Positions 24,185 to 36,458 of a DNA stretch of 64,000 nucleotides are shown piece after piece; within the stretch, counting starts at the first letter, position 1, and every line of letters starts with the position of its first letter. The notes beneath the pieces are model-generated. The model saw nothing but the letters and a program-made list of their open reading frames with translations, searched no databases and was not told the origin of the DNA. The position numbers and the translations under genes were made by a program. The DNA lies in NCBI GenBank assembly GCA_964016885.1, contig OZ024753.1, positions 28,272,001 through 28,336,000 of the forward strand, in the 5' to 3' direction. The DNA is from Eledone cirrhosa (taxonomy: Eukaryota).

Positions 24185-24596
24185 AGATCCACAACAGTTA
24201 GTATACCATTTCCGAGGACAATTTGTTTCACTTCAACGGATCATCAGCTCTGTTGTGGAACCACTTCCACCAAACTCGTTCCATGGACTGAGTGTTCTAC
24301 TACTGCGGATATAACCCACCAGTGTTCTGCCACGGTATATATATATATATATATATGTATGTATTTATATATATATATTTATATATATATATATATGGAA
24401 CGAGTAGGACCCCGACGGCTGAGCTCAAGCCGTTTCGACGGCTAATTCTGGACTGAATTCAGTTCAGAATTAGCCGTCGAAATGGCTTGAGCTCAGCCGT
24501 CGGGTCCTACTCGTTCCTATTATCCACTCTACTACCCTAAGTATTGAGTACTTTGGTGCGTTATGGTCCACCTGGTTCCTTACCACATTTCCTTCG

Positions 24597-24632
<36 letters not shown>

Positions 24633-24700
24633 TTCTATTACCTCAGGTATCAAGTACTCTGGTGAGTAATGCTCTAACTAGTTTTACTGTCTCCAATCTG

Positions 24701-24809
<109 letters not shown>

Positions 24810-25239
24810 TACACACATGAGCACACAAAATATATATACATCCATATCTATATGGACAAGTATGCTTCTAAGATTGAAGGAGCACACACACATGACTGCC
24901 TATGCACATACCCAACAGACCATCTGCTGTCACTCCCTACATTGGCCAGAGCACATGTACACATGCTCTCACACAGACAGTAGCCACTCAAATATGTCAT
25001 GCTCTAACGCACATCATGACCTTCACATTTTTACACACATACACAGATGATAACTCAAATTATATGATGGTTATCTCCCTCATAAAAACCTTCTATAATA
25101 GTTTTATGCAAAACCTTTGTTAATTTATATTCCAAACACCAACTTAATAATGAGGAAGTTGATTCAGCTAGTAGCTTATGTTAACTAATTGTACTTGGCA
25201 AAGTATTGAGATTTATTCTATCTCACGAATATTTTTCCA

Positions 25240-25758
25240 GCATAGTTACGTCCCTTTACGATCTGAGTTCAAATCCCGCCGAGGTTGACTTTGCCTTTCA
25301 TCCTTACGGGGTCAATAAAATAAAGTACCAGTAATGCACTGGGTAATTGCTGGCCTTGTGCCTAAAGTAGAAACAATTATTACAAATCCGGTGGATTGGC
25401 AGTATCGGTAGAGAGTTGGATGCCATGCTTTGATGCACAGAGTTACGGCCCTTGCCATTCTGAGTTCAAATCCCGCCGAGGTTAATTTTGCCTTTCATCC
25501 CTACGGGGTCGATAAAATAAAGTACCAGTAATGCGCTGAGATAATTGCTGGCCTTGTGCCAAAAGTAGAAACAATTATTACAATAGGCGGTGGATTGGCA
25601 GTATCAGTAGAGCATCAGACACCATGCTTTGCAGTATAGAGTTATGGCCCTTTACGTTCTGAGTTCAAATCTCGCCGAGGTTAACTTTGCCTTTCATCCT
25701 TACAGGGTCGATAAAATAAAGTAATTGCTGGCCTTGTGCCAAAAGTAGAAACAATTAT
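25240..25758 (+). mobile_element. Head-to-tail array of three Meta-like SINEs
   Basis: Period ~200 bp. Heads GGTGGATTGGCAGTATC at ~25389 and ~25589. Confidence 0.9.
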
Positions 25759-25999
25759 AAAGGAATAAAGGATGAAGGCATGATATCATAGGAAAAGTGA
25801 TTCACTGTCATCTATACAAACAGAATAATTTAGCCCACTGTGAGAAGTGGTATGAGCATAAGCCAGAGTCGATGTTAGAAAATGATCAGGTGTAAGTGTT
25901 GATAAAATAAAGTACCAGTAATGCACTAGGATCGATTTAATTGACTTTCCCATCCCCCCAAATTGTGGGTCTTATGCCTAAATCAGAAATCATCATTAA

Positions 26000-26219
26000 C
26001 CCTTTAGCATTTAAACTGGCCATATCCGGCCAGAATTCTCTCACCTCTTTCTGTTCAAACCAGCTGTAACTGGCCACTCATACTGATGCTAAGGTATTGT
26101 TCTCCAAATAAATAATATCAAATGATGATGATGATGATCAAAATTTCATAGATTCGATATTATGTGAGATAAACCCTTTACGATAAAAATAAATAGTAAA
26201 TATAGAGTAATGTAAATGT
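26000..26219. mobile_element. piggyBac-type MITE (right end eroded)
   Basis: Starts TTAA-CCCTTTAGCATTTA. Same family as 54119-54340. Confidence 0.75.
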
Positions 26220-26656
26220 GTCTCCTCAGTTCTGATCTTGTTCTATTTACTCTGTTTTGTCTCCAATTTTGTGAAACTATTGATTGAATTTGTTCAACTA
26301 ACATATATTGTAACAGATATTGTCGACCTTTTGACCATTTTTTTTCTCCTGTTCCTCACTCCAGCACCTTACCAACCAAAATATTAATTATCACAAAATG
26401 GTGGGAAGCAGGACTGCTGCAATATCAAATGAAAGATATTACTATATACAATAATATAACATTGTAATAGTATTTAATAAGTCCTTCTTCTCTTGGCAGA
26501 CAGCTCATTTGATTATCAAGGAACTTGCCAATTCTGTGAATAATGGCTCATTTTCTTTTTTTTTTCATTTTTTTTTCAGAAAGGTACAAACATAAAACAT
26601 AAAAATGTACTCGAAATTAAGAGAAAGAGAAACATACATACATATATACATACTTG

Positions 26657-26875
26657 TGAAGGCACATGGCTGAGTGGTTAGAGAATTGGTTTCGCAATTG
26701 TGAGGTTGTGAGTTCGATTCCCAGACTGGGTGATGCGTTATGTCCTTGAGCAAGGTACTTTATTTCACATTGCTCCTTCTACCTTGAGTTGCGATCAATA
26801 GATAGTATTAGCAATTGGAAAGACCAATGGAAACATTGTTTCCTCGGTCTGATTTGACAAAAGTTAATCGACTGT
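26657..26875 (+). mobile_element. tRNA-CORE SINE with a different 3' part
   Basis: A and B boxes plus core. The 3' part matches the reverse copy at 49960-50107. Confidence 0.75.
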
Positions 26876-27229
26876 TGATATATAGATTTCTTGCAAGGAT
26901 TGAAATCTTGCCTTCGAAGCATAGTCTACACTACTATGCATAGTTACACCAGTAACTAACCACAGGATCACCAATTAGAGCTAAACGATCTTGGAGACAG
27001 ATATGGAAGTTGAAGGAACCCTCAGCCAGTAACAAATTTAGAGGTATTTTGCTTGATGCTTACAACATCAAGGAAGAACAAATACAATTACAATTTGGAG
27101 GAACATTGGGTTATCCTGAAAGAATATTTGCTGAAGATGAATAACAAAGCTGGGGCAGGGCTCCAGAGAGATGGAAAGTGACTTGATGGTGGAATAGTAG
27201 AGTGGATTAGACAAATATGGTCAAGAGAG

Positions 27230-27400
27230 CCTGTAGTAGCAGAGACTTCTCATGTCCTTGGCCCTAAGGCCACCTCCCTACTCACCACATTGGCACAGGT
27301 GTGAGCCTCGCAAGCTGGAATGGCTCTTCTAGTGCATCTTCTTCACCATCCTCCGGGGAAACGCCTTCTCTGTTCTATCTGCCAGAGCCACGGGGCAGCA
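27230..27400 (+). mobile_element. CRE-type 3' remnant
   Basis: Reads VAETSHVLGPKATSLL...EPRKLEWLF*CIFFTILRGNAFSVLSA. Confidence 0.65.
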
Positions 27401-27789
27401 GTACATGGGCCCCCATCTGCTCATGATAGTGAGAGATGGGGAGAGCGGGCAAGACTGAGGCAGTGACAATGTGAATTTGGTTCCTTTGTGTTTGGACCTG
27501 GTGTATATGTACATGTTTTACAGACACACACTCACACTGTTTGTAAAATATAGTTGACATAATAAAACCATAGCTTTTTAAAAAAAAAAATAATTAGATC
27601 AGTTGTCCATAGTCTTACAAAAACACTAACTACCAACATAGCCTTACTAAAACACAAACTACCAACATAACCTTACTAAAACACAAACTACTAATCAGTG
27701 TGTGACTAGCTTAAAGTCATGGTAAACTTATGTTGTTTACCAGACACAGAGATAAGAAGTGAAGCTGAAAAATGTTATCACTGCTTTAT

Positions 27790-28150
27790 CACAGTGTAGT
27801 TATCTGTTGATAGAAGAAATTGTCCATTTTGCAGCCTTTTCCAAGCTCAGGTTATCTATCATTCCATCACAACTGGCAGTGTTACTCCATGATGAAGGGC
27901 TTGCTAATACCTTTCCACATGTTGATGTAGTTCTTATAATATATTTTAGCATGATGGCTACTAGCTGTTTAAGAGAAACATCATTCAACAAATTAACTCT
28001 AATAAAAGAACTACCTGAAAACCACGATAACGCGATAACCCATAAAAGATTCTCTGCCTATTAGATGTAGAGAATACTGTTCTAAAGATGGCACAGTTTG
28101 AGGAGTTCATTAAAGATTTTTCAGACGCCAAATATATAGAGAAATATTTT
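27790..28150 (+). pseudogene. hAT transposase C-terminal dimerisation-domain fossil
   Basis: LANTFPHVDVVLIIYFSMMATSCLRETSFNKLTLIK, then after a frameshift NYLKTT...LLDVENTVLKMAQFEEFIKDF. This fits the hAT pattern FP....L...L....T....ERSFSKL..IKNYLR. Confidence 0.8.
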
Positions 28151-28494
28151 TTTATAGTTATATAGCTATAAGTAGGTGTAACTGACTGCATTTAATTTAG
28201 ATAAACTTTTGCATTGACAGATACATTTAAGATTTCTATTGAGGATTTGCTGTGTCTTAGAACACTTGCTAAAAGCTCTGTGGCAGCTTTGTCAGTTTTG
28301 CATTTAACATTTATGTATAACATTTAAAATTTATATATTTATGTATATATCTCTGTAAATTTTATGTATTTATATATACTTTCATGTAACATTTTCATAT
28401 TTCTATGTTTACCTGTAACATTTATGTCTTTGTATTTATGTATTGCTGGTCATTTTTTTACATTTAACTTTTGTATGTGTATACAGCTTGTTAG

Positions 28495-28775
28495 TGAAGG
28501 CACATGATCTTGTGGAAAGAGTGTTGGACTTACGATCGTAATGTCGTGGGTTTGATTCCTGGTTGGGTTGGATGCTGTGTTCCTGAGCAAAACACTTCAT
28601 TTCACATTGCTCTGGTATTCTCAGCTGAAAATGAGTACCAGCAATAGTTCGAGGATTAACCCTGTGATGGACTGGTGTCATTTCCAGGGGGAAGTCTTGT
28701 ACTCTCAGTTGCTTCATGCCACGAAGCTGAGATAAGCACTGGTTCAATGCGCTGCTTGCAGCGCACGAGGGCATG
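28495..28775 (+). mobile_element. tRNA-CORE SINE, diverged
   Basis: GAAGGCACATG head and CCTGAGCAAAACACTTCATTTCACATTGCTC core. Confidence 0.7.
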
Positions 28776-30084
28776 CATGCATGGATAACTTGTCAAGTCC
28801 AATTTTATGTACTAAGTAGATTTCAATGTGTAAATTTGATCATTTACTGTGTATTTTAGCTATAGGGTATGAGGGGGCCATACACAAAAAATGGAAGAGA
28901 ACTGAGTGGCATGCTAATGAGAAGGGAAATGACACTGAAACTACATGTGTCACTGTCAGAAGGGCTGTGATTTATGGGAGCGAGACATGGGTGATGAATG
29001 GGGAACAGCAGAGAAGGCTCCAAAGAGCAGAGATGAGAATGGTTAAGTGGATGAGTGGAGTATCACTCAGATGAAAACAAATTATGAACTACAGATGATA
29101 ATGTGCATTACTGGTGCCCTATTTTATCGACTCCATAAGGATGAAAGCATGGTGTCTGATACTCTACCAGTTCTGCCAATCTACCATGACTTTATAATGA
29201 ATCTTGTCACATTCATCCTTTATAATGAGTCAGGGCTAGGTGTTTACACTCAGATATGATGTGAGCCACAGTTTATTTCATTATTTCTTCAGTCATCCAA
29301 ACAACACAGAGGTATGGTTATCTGGAATTGTTGTTTGTGAGATTAGAACAAATTGTGAAGTATTTAGAATAGTGTTAGCACACTTTGCAGAAAAATGTTT
29401 GGCAGGAATCATAGTGAAAATGTGTGTGAAATGACACCCAAAGTTCAGATAATATGACTGATTCTAGTGTCTGGTGTAATATCCATTGCTGTAGAACCAT
29501 GATCATTTAAAGGCTTTTTTAATATTAGAAGAATACACCTTATCTTGTTACATTCCAATGCTACAAAAAAAAACCCAAAAAACAAACAATATTCTATATT
29601 TTATTAGAATAATTTAAGTATCTTATCTTGTTTCCTTCCAAATCACTACAAAACTGATATTTTGTAACACGTTTAACAAATGAGTCAGCACATCTTTTAG
29701 TTATCTAATGTCTAATCTTTGTATAATATAATTTGAAATTCTTTTTTTTTTTTTTCTGAACAGATGAAAGGATTTGAAAACTTTCAAGTTGCTGTTATTA
29801 TTGCTGAATAGCTCTGATCAGCTCTACTCCAGGAGACTTATAATGAAACACATTCCATCTAAGTCCATATGGTCTTCTTTTCAAGGTACAGTGTATTAAT
29901 ATCTACATTATCTAAAGTGTAAACAAAGTGTCACCTCAAAATTCAAGTTGAAGCGTGAGTGTATTAGAATTTATAGAATAACTGTCCATGACCACAGGTA
30001 AGGGTTGGCACAAATACCGAATTGAAGATAGTGAGTTTGGCTTTTACACCTGAAACTCTTCTTCTGATTACTGACCACATGCTA

Positions 30085-30405
30085 GAAGGCACATGGCTTA
30101 GTGGTTAGAGCATTGGCTAGGTGATGTGTTGTTTCCTTGAGCAAGACACTTTATTTCACATTGCTCCAGTTTACTCAGCTGTAGAAATGAGATGATAAGG
30201 ACTGGGGGTCCATATCATTCCACTGCAAAGTGGTCGTGGAGGCGCCACGGCAAAAAAGCACCCAGCACTCACTGTAAATGAGGTTGGTGTTAGGAAGGGC
30301 ATCCAGCTGTAGAAATCAAGCCAGAATCAGTTCCCGTCCCACCCTTGCAAAACAAAACAAGCAGGGAAAAGTGGACGTAAAATGATGATGATGATGATGA
30401 TGATG
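30085..30405 (+). mobile_element. Family A SINE (deletion in tRNA head)
   Basis: Collinear with 16559-16949. Ends in (ATG)n. Confidence 0.9.
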
Positions 30406-30847
30406 CTAATCTGGCACATTACTGCACCGACTCCTGCAATTCTTGCACTTAATACAGCCTCCTGCCTTCCATCACTTGTGAAAACGACCCAAAGATACTT
30501 GAACCTTGCTACCAGCTTCAGTGGAACTCCATTTACATGTAGAATGCACTTCACAGGATTCCTTGAGAGGATGGGACAGGCATCCCAGTTTTCGCAGCAC
30601 TGATTTTCATTTCAGCCATACAGCACTTGGCATCAAACCTATCTAGTGCAAGTCACCTTCTAGATCTCTTTCACTTTAATTCAGTTTATTTCCAGAAATA
30701 GCATTTGGCAATTGTAAAAATAGAGAAGATAATAAGATTTATCATCAAATTTAATTCAGTAAATGAATTATAGGGAAGAGGATTGCAAGGGAAAGGTAAA
30801 TAAAACAAAAATATCATGACAGAAATATAGAGTAACTAGGACTGGTG

Positions 30848-31250
30848 TTGTTACTGTTGATGATGGTGGTGATGTTGGAGGTGAAGGTGGTAATGGTGGT
30901 GGTGGTGGTGGTGATGGAGGTGGATGTGGTGATGGTGGTGGTGATGGTGGCAGTGGAGGTGGTGGTAGCTGGTGTGGTGATGGTGGTGATGGTGGTGGTG
31001 GTGGAGGTGGTAGTGGTGGTGGAGGTGGTGGCGGATGTGGTGATGGTAGTGGTGGTGGTGATGGTGTCAGTGGAGGTGGTGATGCTGATGGTGGTGGCTG
31101 TGGTGATAGTGGTGGTGGGGGTGATGGTGGTGGTGGTGGAGGTGGCTGTGGTGATGGTAGTGGTGGTGGAGGTGGCTGTGGTGATGATGGTGGTGGGGGT
31201 GATGGTGGAGGTGATGGTGATGGTGGTGGTAGTTGTGGTGATTGTGGTAA
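30848..31250. repeat. (GTG/GAT)n low-complexity tract
   Basis: Direct observation. Confidence 0.95.
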
Positions 31251-31486
31251 TTCTTTTATTAGATATAGTTATTGAGTTAGTGGTAAATTATGAGCAAAAT
31301 AAAATTAAAAACAAAAACAATAGTAATAACAAAACTCAATAAATTATGTTACCATGAGGAACAAGAAGCAATATTGATATTTCGGATAAATTGTCCTTTA
31401 TCAATATTGGTAGATAGTAGGTGTGAGTATATATGAAAAGATTCAAGACGCTGAGCTCGTGCTGTTTTGACAGCTAGATCTGAATG

Positions 31487-31535
<49 letters not shown>

Positions 31536-31895
31536 ACACACATTTTGGGTATATATGCATTTGATGTTCAGAGAGTGGGATTGGTCCCATGCAAAACTTT
31601 TCCTCACTTAAAAAAGCTTCAAGCACAGACAGTGCTTGATATGTGACATTGTTTTGTGATGCATGGCATTGCTGGCCATAGGCAAGTCCTTGACCGGACT
31701 AAAAAGCCACACCTGTGATACTCATGCTTAAGTATCAAGTGATGGCATTACTTGAAATTGAATTGCAACCATCATCATCATCACCGTTTAGCATCCATTT
31801 TTCCATGCTTGTATAGGTTAGACTCATATATATATATAAATAATTATTTATGCTAAACTCGTCCTCTTGGATATTTCCACTTAACCTTTACTTCA

Positions 31896-31949
<54 letters not shown>

Positions 31950-32353
31950 AGAAGTGTAAGTCAACAGGTTAAAATTAATTTCATTTATTCATATTCACTG
32001 TAATATATATTTCGGTGATAACCATTATCTACAGCTATGGCCCCATCAGACAACTAGAACAGAAAAAACAGAAAAATATATTGATGGAACAAAGTTTACC
32101 TCTGTTATTTCGGTCCTTTGATATGCCCTGTGCTGAAGTATGTGGCTTGCTATACCATGCTGGCCAGCATGGTATAGCAAGCCACATTGGACACTGGAAT
32201 AGTTCCTTTATTTTCCTCAGAAGAAGAGATATTAAACTTGAAATATCAGGACATATAAATAAATTAAGGTAAAAAAACAAACCCTATTTCTTATAATTTA
32301 ATTATTCTCCATCCAAACCTGCATTGTTGTGGCTTTCAAACTTCGAATTTCTT

Positions 32354-32422
<69 letters not shown>

Positions 32423-32427
32423 ATATA

Positions 32428-32551
32428 TAGAGTGGCCCAAAAGTCACGATACATAAAAAAAATAATTATGTTTTATAAGAAACAATTTATTCCAAATAAA
32501 TAAATATGGAAACTTAAAAATTTCCTATGTATTGCGACTTTTGGGCCACCT

Positions 32552-32553
<2 letters not shown>
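32428..32553. mobile_element. Tc1/mariner-type MITE in (TA)n
   Basis: Inverted ends GTGGCCCAAAAGTCACGATACATA and TATGTATTGCGACTTTTGGGCCAC. Confidence 0.7.
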
Positions 32554-32594
<41 letters not shown>

Positions 32595-33277
32595 TCCCTC
32601 TTGAAAACTTTAATGTGTATACCATATTTATTGTGTAAAAAGATGGACTGCTTATAATTTTGATTATAATAGTCATATAAGACATACCTATTCGTTTGAG
32701 TGCCTGAGTGAATAACTTCAGCAATCAAACTTGTGGTAAATACTACTGCCTAGTAGGATGCAGCAGTTTTTTTTTAATGTTAACAAAACCACCTGGTATG
32801 TTATATTTTTGTACATAATATTGTGTTTAAGGTAGCTATATCTTATGTAATTCTAATGAGTTCTAATATTAAGGATGAAATGCATGTAGATTTAAATATG
32901 ATATAGTTAGCAATGTTTGGCTAATTTTTCAATGTATTTTCAATAAGTTAAAACAATGAAATAAATACTTCACTGCTTTACGGTCGTTTCTAGGTGATGA
33001 TAATACATTGTCACATAGATCGATAACGAAGTATGGTTACGATGTATTATCATCACCTAGAAACGATCGTAAAGCAGTGAAGTATATTTCTAATGACTTG
33101 AATTTTTATTTCATTGTTTTAACTTATATCATGACTCTGTTCTCCTTTTAATGTTTTATTGTTTTCCGGATTTATCTTAACCTACAACATTTTCAACATA
33201 TGGATTACATTGAGTTCTTCATGCGGATTAGACCCCACAACTTACCGTGGATATCTCTGTGTATATATATATATATG

Positions 33278-34190
33278 TCAGAACTGGTTGGAAAAAGTTC
33301 AGAGAGCTTATACCACTATTAGCTGCTAAAGGGTTCTCCCTAAAAATGAAAGGCAGGTTGTACGATGCCTGCATACGAACAGCAATGTTGCATGGCAGTG
33401 AGACCTGGGCATTGTGTGCAGAGGATATACGCAGACTAGAGAGGAACGAAGCTTGCATGCTCCGCTGGATGTGTAACAGTAATATACGTGAACGGCAAAG
33501 CATAAACGAACTAAGGAAAAAATTAGAAATAAGAGGGATCAGATGTTGTTTACTCGAGAGAAGGCTACGTTGGTATGGACACGTGATGCGCATGAAAGTC
33601 GATAGCTGTATAACAAAGTGCAGGGCAATAAAGATAGACGGTAGCCACGGAATAGGCAGACCTAGAAAAACCTGGGACGAGCTGATAAATTCCGACCTCA
33701 CACACTTACACCTCTCCAAGACAATGTCACTGGACCGAGACCTTTGGCGGTACTCAGTAACAGAGAAGACCCGCCTTACCTAAATACATAGTAAAACCTA
33801 CTCCAGCCAGTAGGCCTCTCTAACAAAATACCGCCCCCCCCCCCCCCCCCCCCGTCCCACTACCCCCACCCCATCCACACCACCCCCTCCTATGTAAAGT
33901 TATGTTGGTGCCACACCATCCAGGCCGAAACAAATGAGATCGTGTAGGTGTCACGACAAAAAAACACAGTCCACGCTGTAATGTGGCCGTGTAGGCAACA
34001 CGGTAAAAACCTCCCAGACCCACACTGTAAATGTGGTTGGTGTTAGGAAGGGCATCCAACTGTAGAAAACCTGCCAGACAGTCCTATGCGAGCAAGACAA
34101 TCACTCTTGCCTCAAGTGGGACTACCCCCGTCCAAACCCATGCAAGCGTGGAACACGGACGTTAAACGTTGATGATGATGATGATGATGA
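33278..34190 (+). mobile_element. 5'-truncated family D RTE: ORF C-terminus (stop 33783) + ~400-bp 3'UTR
   Basis: ORF 33247-33783 reads RTGWKKFREL...RRLRWYGHV...GRPRKTW. The UTR ends in (GAT)n. Confidence 0.9.
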
Positions 34191-34204
34191 TATAATATAT
34201 ATTT

Positions 34205-34382
34205 ATCATCATCATCATTTTACATCTGCTTTTCCCTGCTTACAAGGGTTGGACAGGTTTTCTTTAGCACAGCATCTCTCCATTCATCACGGTCCTTCAT
34301 CCTCTCCACTGTGAGCTTCAGCGATCTGAGGTCAGCTCTCACCACCTCCACCTATGCTTTTCATGGTCTTCCTCTACTGCAT
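34205..34382 (-). mobile_element. 3' end of PHD-RTE family
   Basis: Reverse complement of a diverged copy of 23375-23545. Confidence 0.8.
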
Positions 34383-34385
34383 ATA

Positions 34386-34461
34386 CAGGGTGTCCCAAAA
34401 GTCACCAGACAATTTTATACAAATATATATATAATTGTCTAGTGACTTTGTGGACACCCTG
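34386..34461. mobile_element. Short mariner-type MITE
   Basis: TIRs CAGGGTGTCCCAAAAGTCAC and GTGACTTTGTGGACACCCTG. Confidence 0.75.
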
Positions 34462-35207
34462 TGTGTGTGTATATATATATATATATATAATATATATACA
34501 GGGTGTTTTTTTCTAAAAAAAAATTTTTTTTACACTCCTTCCTCTTCTTTCACTCTCAATCTTTCTATTTCATCTTTTATTTCTCATTCTATCTTCTGAT
34601 GAAGGACTAGTCACTGAAAAGTAAAGACACTTTTCCTACTATATCAAACGTTAAATTAATATATTTCTTTCTGTATTGTGTTGTTTCTGGAAACTGGGTT
34701 AAAACCTGTCAGATTCAAGACATTCTTGGGTGGTAGACCTGACCTAAAAGTCATATATTGCATTTATCTCATACATTATCTCTCTTTTACTAGTTTCTGT
34801 CATTAGACTGTGGCCATGCCGGGCCACTTTCTCTGAATGTTGGCAGATTAGGGGATAGGACAAAATGACTTGCTGCATTTGTTCCGGTTTTCTGTGTTTA
34901 AAGTTCAAGATCAACTTTGTTTTTTATCCTTTCAGAGTTTATAAAGTAAAGTACTATTCCTAGGTGGTGGATTAGAAAAATTGAGCGTCTTTCTGACTTT
35001 CTATACTTTAAGCCTCTATGAGGTAACTTTGCCTTTTATTTTTTTGTGTAAATGATGGTTCACAGTATTTGTTCTGGATTTTTGCACTCTGAGTTCTTGA
35101 GTGGCAAACTTAATCAATCATCCCGTTTAACACCACCACATGGCCTTTGGGTGTCTGTGGCAAAAATGTTAACCAAGTATCCAGTTTGAGGATATTTCCC
35201 CCCTTAA

Positions 35208-35636
35208 CCCTTTATTTACAATTGTAATTTTGTGGTAAAGGCTTTATCTTACATAATTATCTCACATAATATTGAATCTATGAGATTTTGACGTTATTTA
35301 TTTTGAGAACAATACTTTAACCCTTTAGCATTTACATTACTCTATATTTACTATTATATTTTCATGGTAAAGGCTTTATCTCACATAATTATCTTACATA
35401 ATATTGAATCTATGAGATTTTGATGTTATTTATTTTGAGATCAATACCTTAACATCAGTAAAAGTGGCTAGTTACGGCCAGTTTGAACACAGAAAGAGGT
35501 GAAGGAATTCTGACCGGATACGGCTGGTTTAAATGCTAAAGGGTTAATGTCAGTATGAGTGGTCGGTTACAACCAGTTTGAACAGAAAGAGGTGAGAAAG
35601 TTCTGGCCGGATATGGCCGGTTTAAATGCTAAAAGG
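35208..35636. mobile_element. piggyBac-type MITE containing a nested copy of itself (35321-35543)
   Basis: Both copies are bounded by TTAA and CCCTTT/AAAGGG-type ends. Confidence 0.85.
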
Positions 35637-36199
35637 TTAATCTCACCTATTTTGGTTAATTAAACAGTAAAAAAGAAAAATTATAAACATAATTTAATAT
35701 TCAAGATATGGTCTAACTCTTGATGTTGTCTACAATATCCAATATTTAATATCCAATATTTCCAATATTCCTATAGGGAATTGAAAAATCTTCAATTTTT
35801 AAGTAATTAGGATATTTAGTTCATGTCTGAAAAAATTTTATTTTTTAATTCTGCAAGTTTGTTTTTAATTCTATATAGTTTAACACTAATCATATTTTTC
35901 TTCATATCTTTAAGATAGCAAAGGAAAATCTGTACAGTTATTTTATCTGCAACAAATAGCAGCCAAATCTCCCTCAAATCACAACCCTTAAAAGAGAAAT
36001 TACACTAACAATGTAGTCATAGATATACAAAAAGATGGAAGGGTTTATGGTAAGAATCATCATCATCATTGTCCATTTTCCACACCGGCCTAGGTTAGAT
36101 GGGTTATCCCATTTGAGGCAAGTTGAGTCCGTGTCTTACTCATATAGAACTGTTTCTGGCTAGGTTTCTAAGGCTGGATGCCCTTCTTAAGGCCAACAA

Positions 36200-36458
36200 C
36201 ATTTACAGTGTATGCTGGGTGCTTTTTGTCATGACTCCTGCACAACCACTTTACAGTGTGGACTTGGTGCTTTTTGTTATGAGTCCTACACAACCACTTT
36301 ACAGTGTGGACTTGGTGCTTTTTGTTATGACTCCTACACAGCCACTTTACAGTGTGGACTTGGTGCTTTTTGTTATGACTCCTACACAGCCACTTTACAG
36401 TGTGGACTTGGTGCTTTTTGTTATGACTCCTACACAACCACTTTACAGTGTGGGCTGG
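36200..36458 (-). repeat. 48-bp tandem repeat (~5.5 copies) of the RTE-5'UTR-like module inside an RTE-tailed element (~36057-36458)
   Basis: Unit TTACAGTGTGGACTTGGTGCTTTTTGTTATGACTCCTACACAACCACT. Confidence 0.9.

Noticed and set aside
36200-36458. CRISPR-like regular repeats (also 42977-43858, 54666-55050, 62925-64000)
   Set aside because: Units are contiguous with no unique spacers and no cas genes; these are eukaryotic minisatellites.
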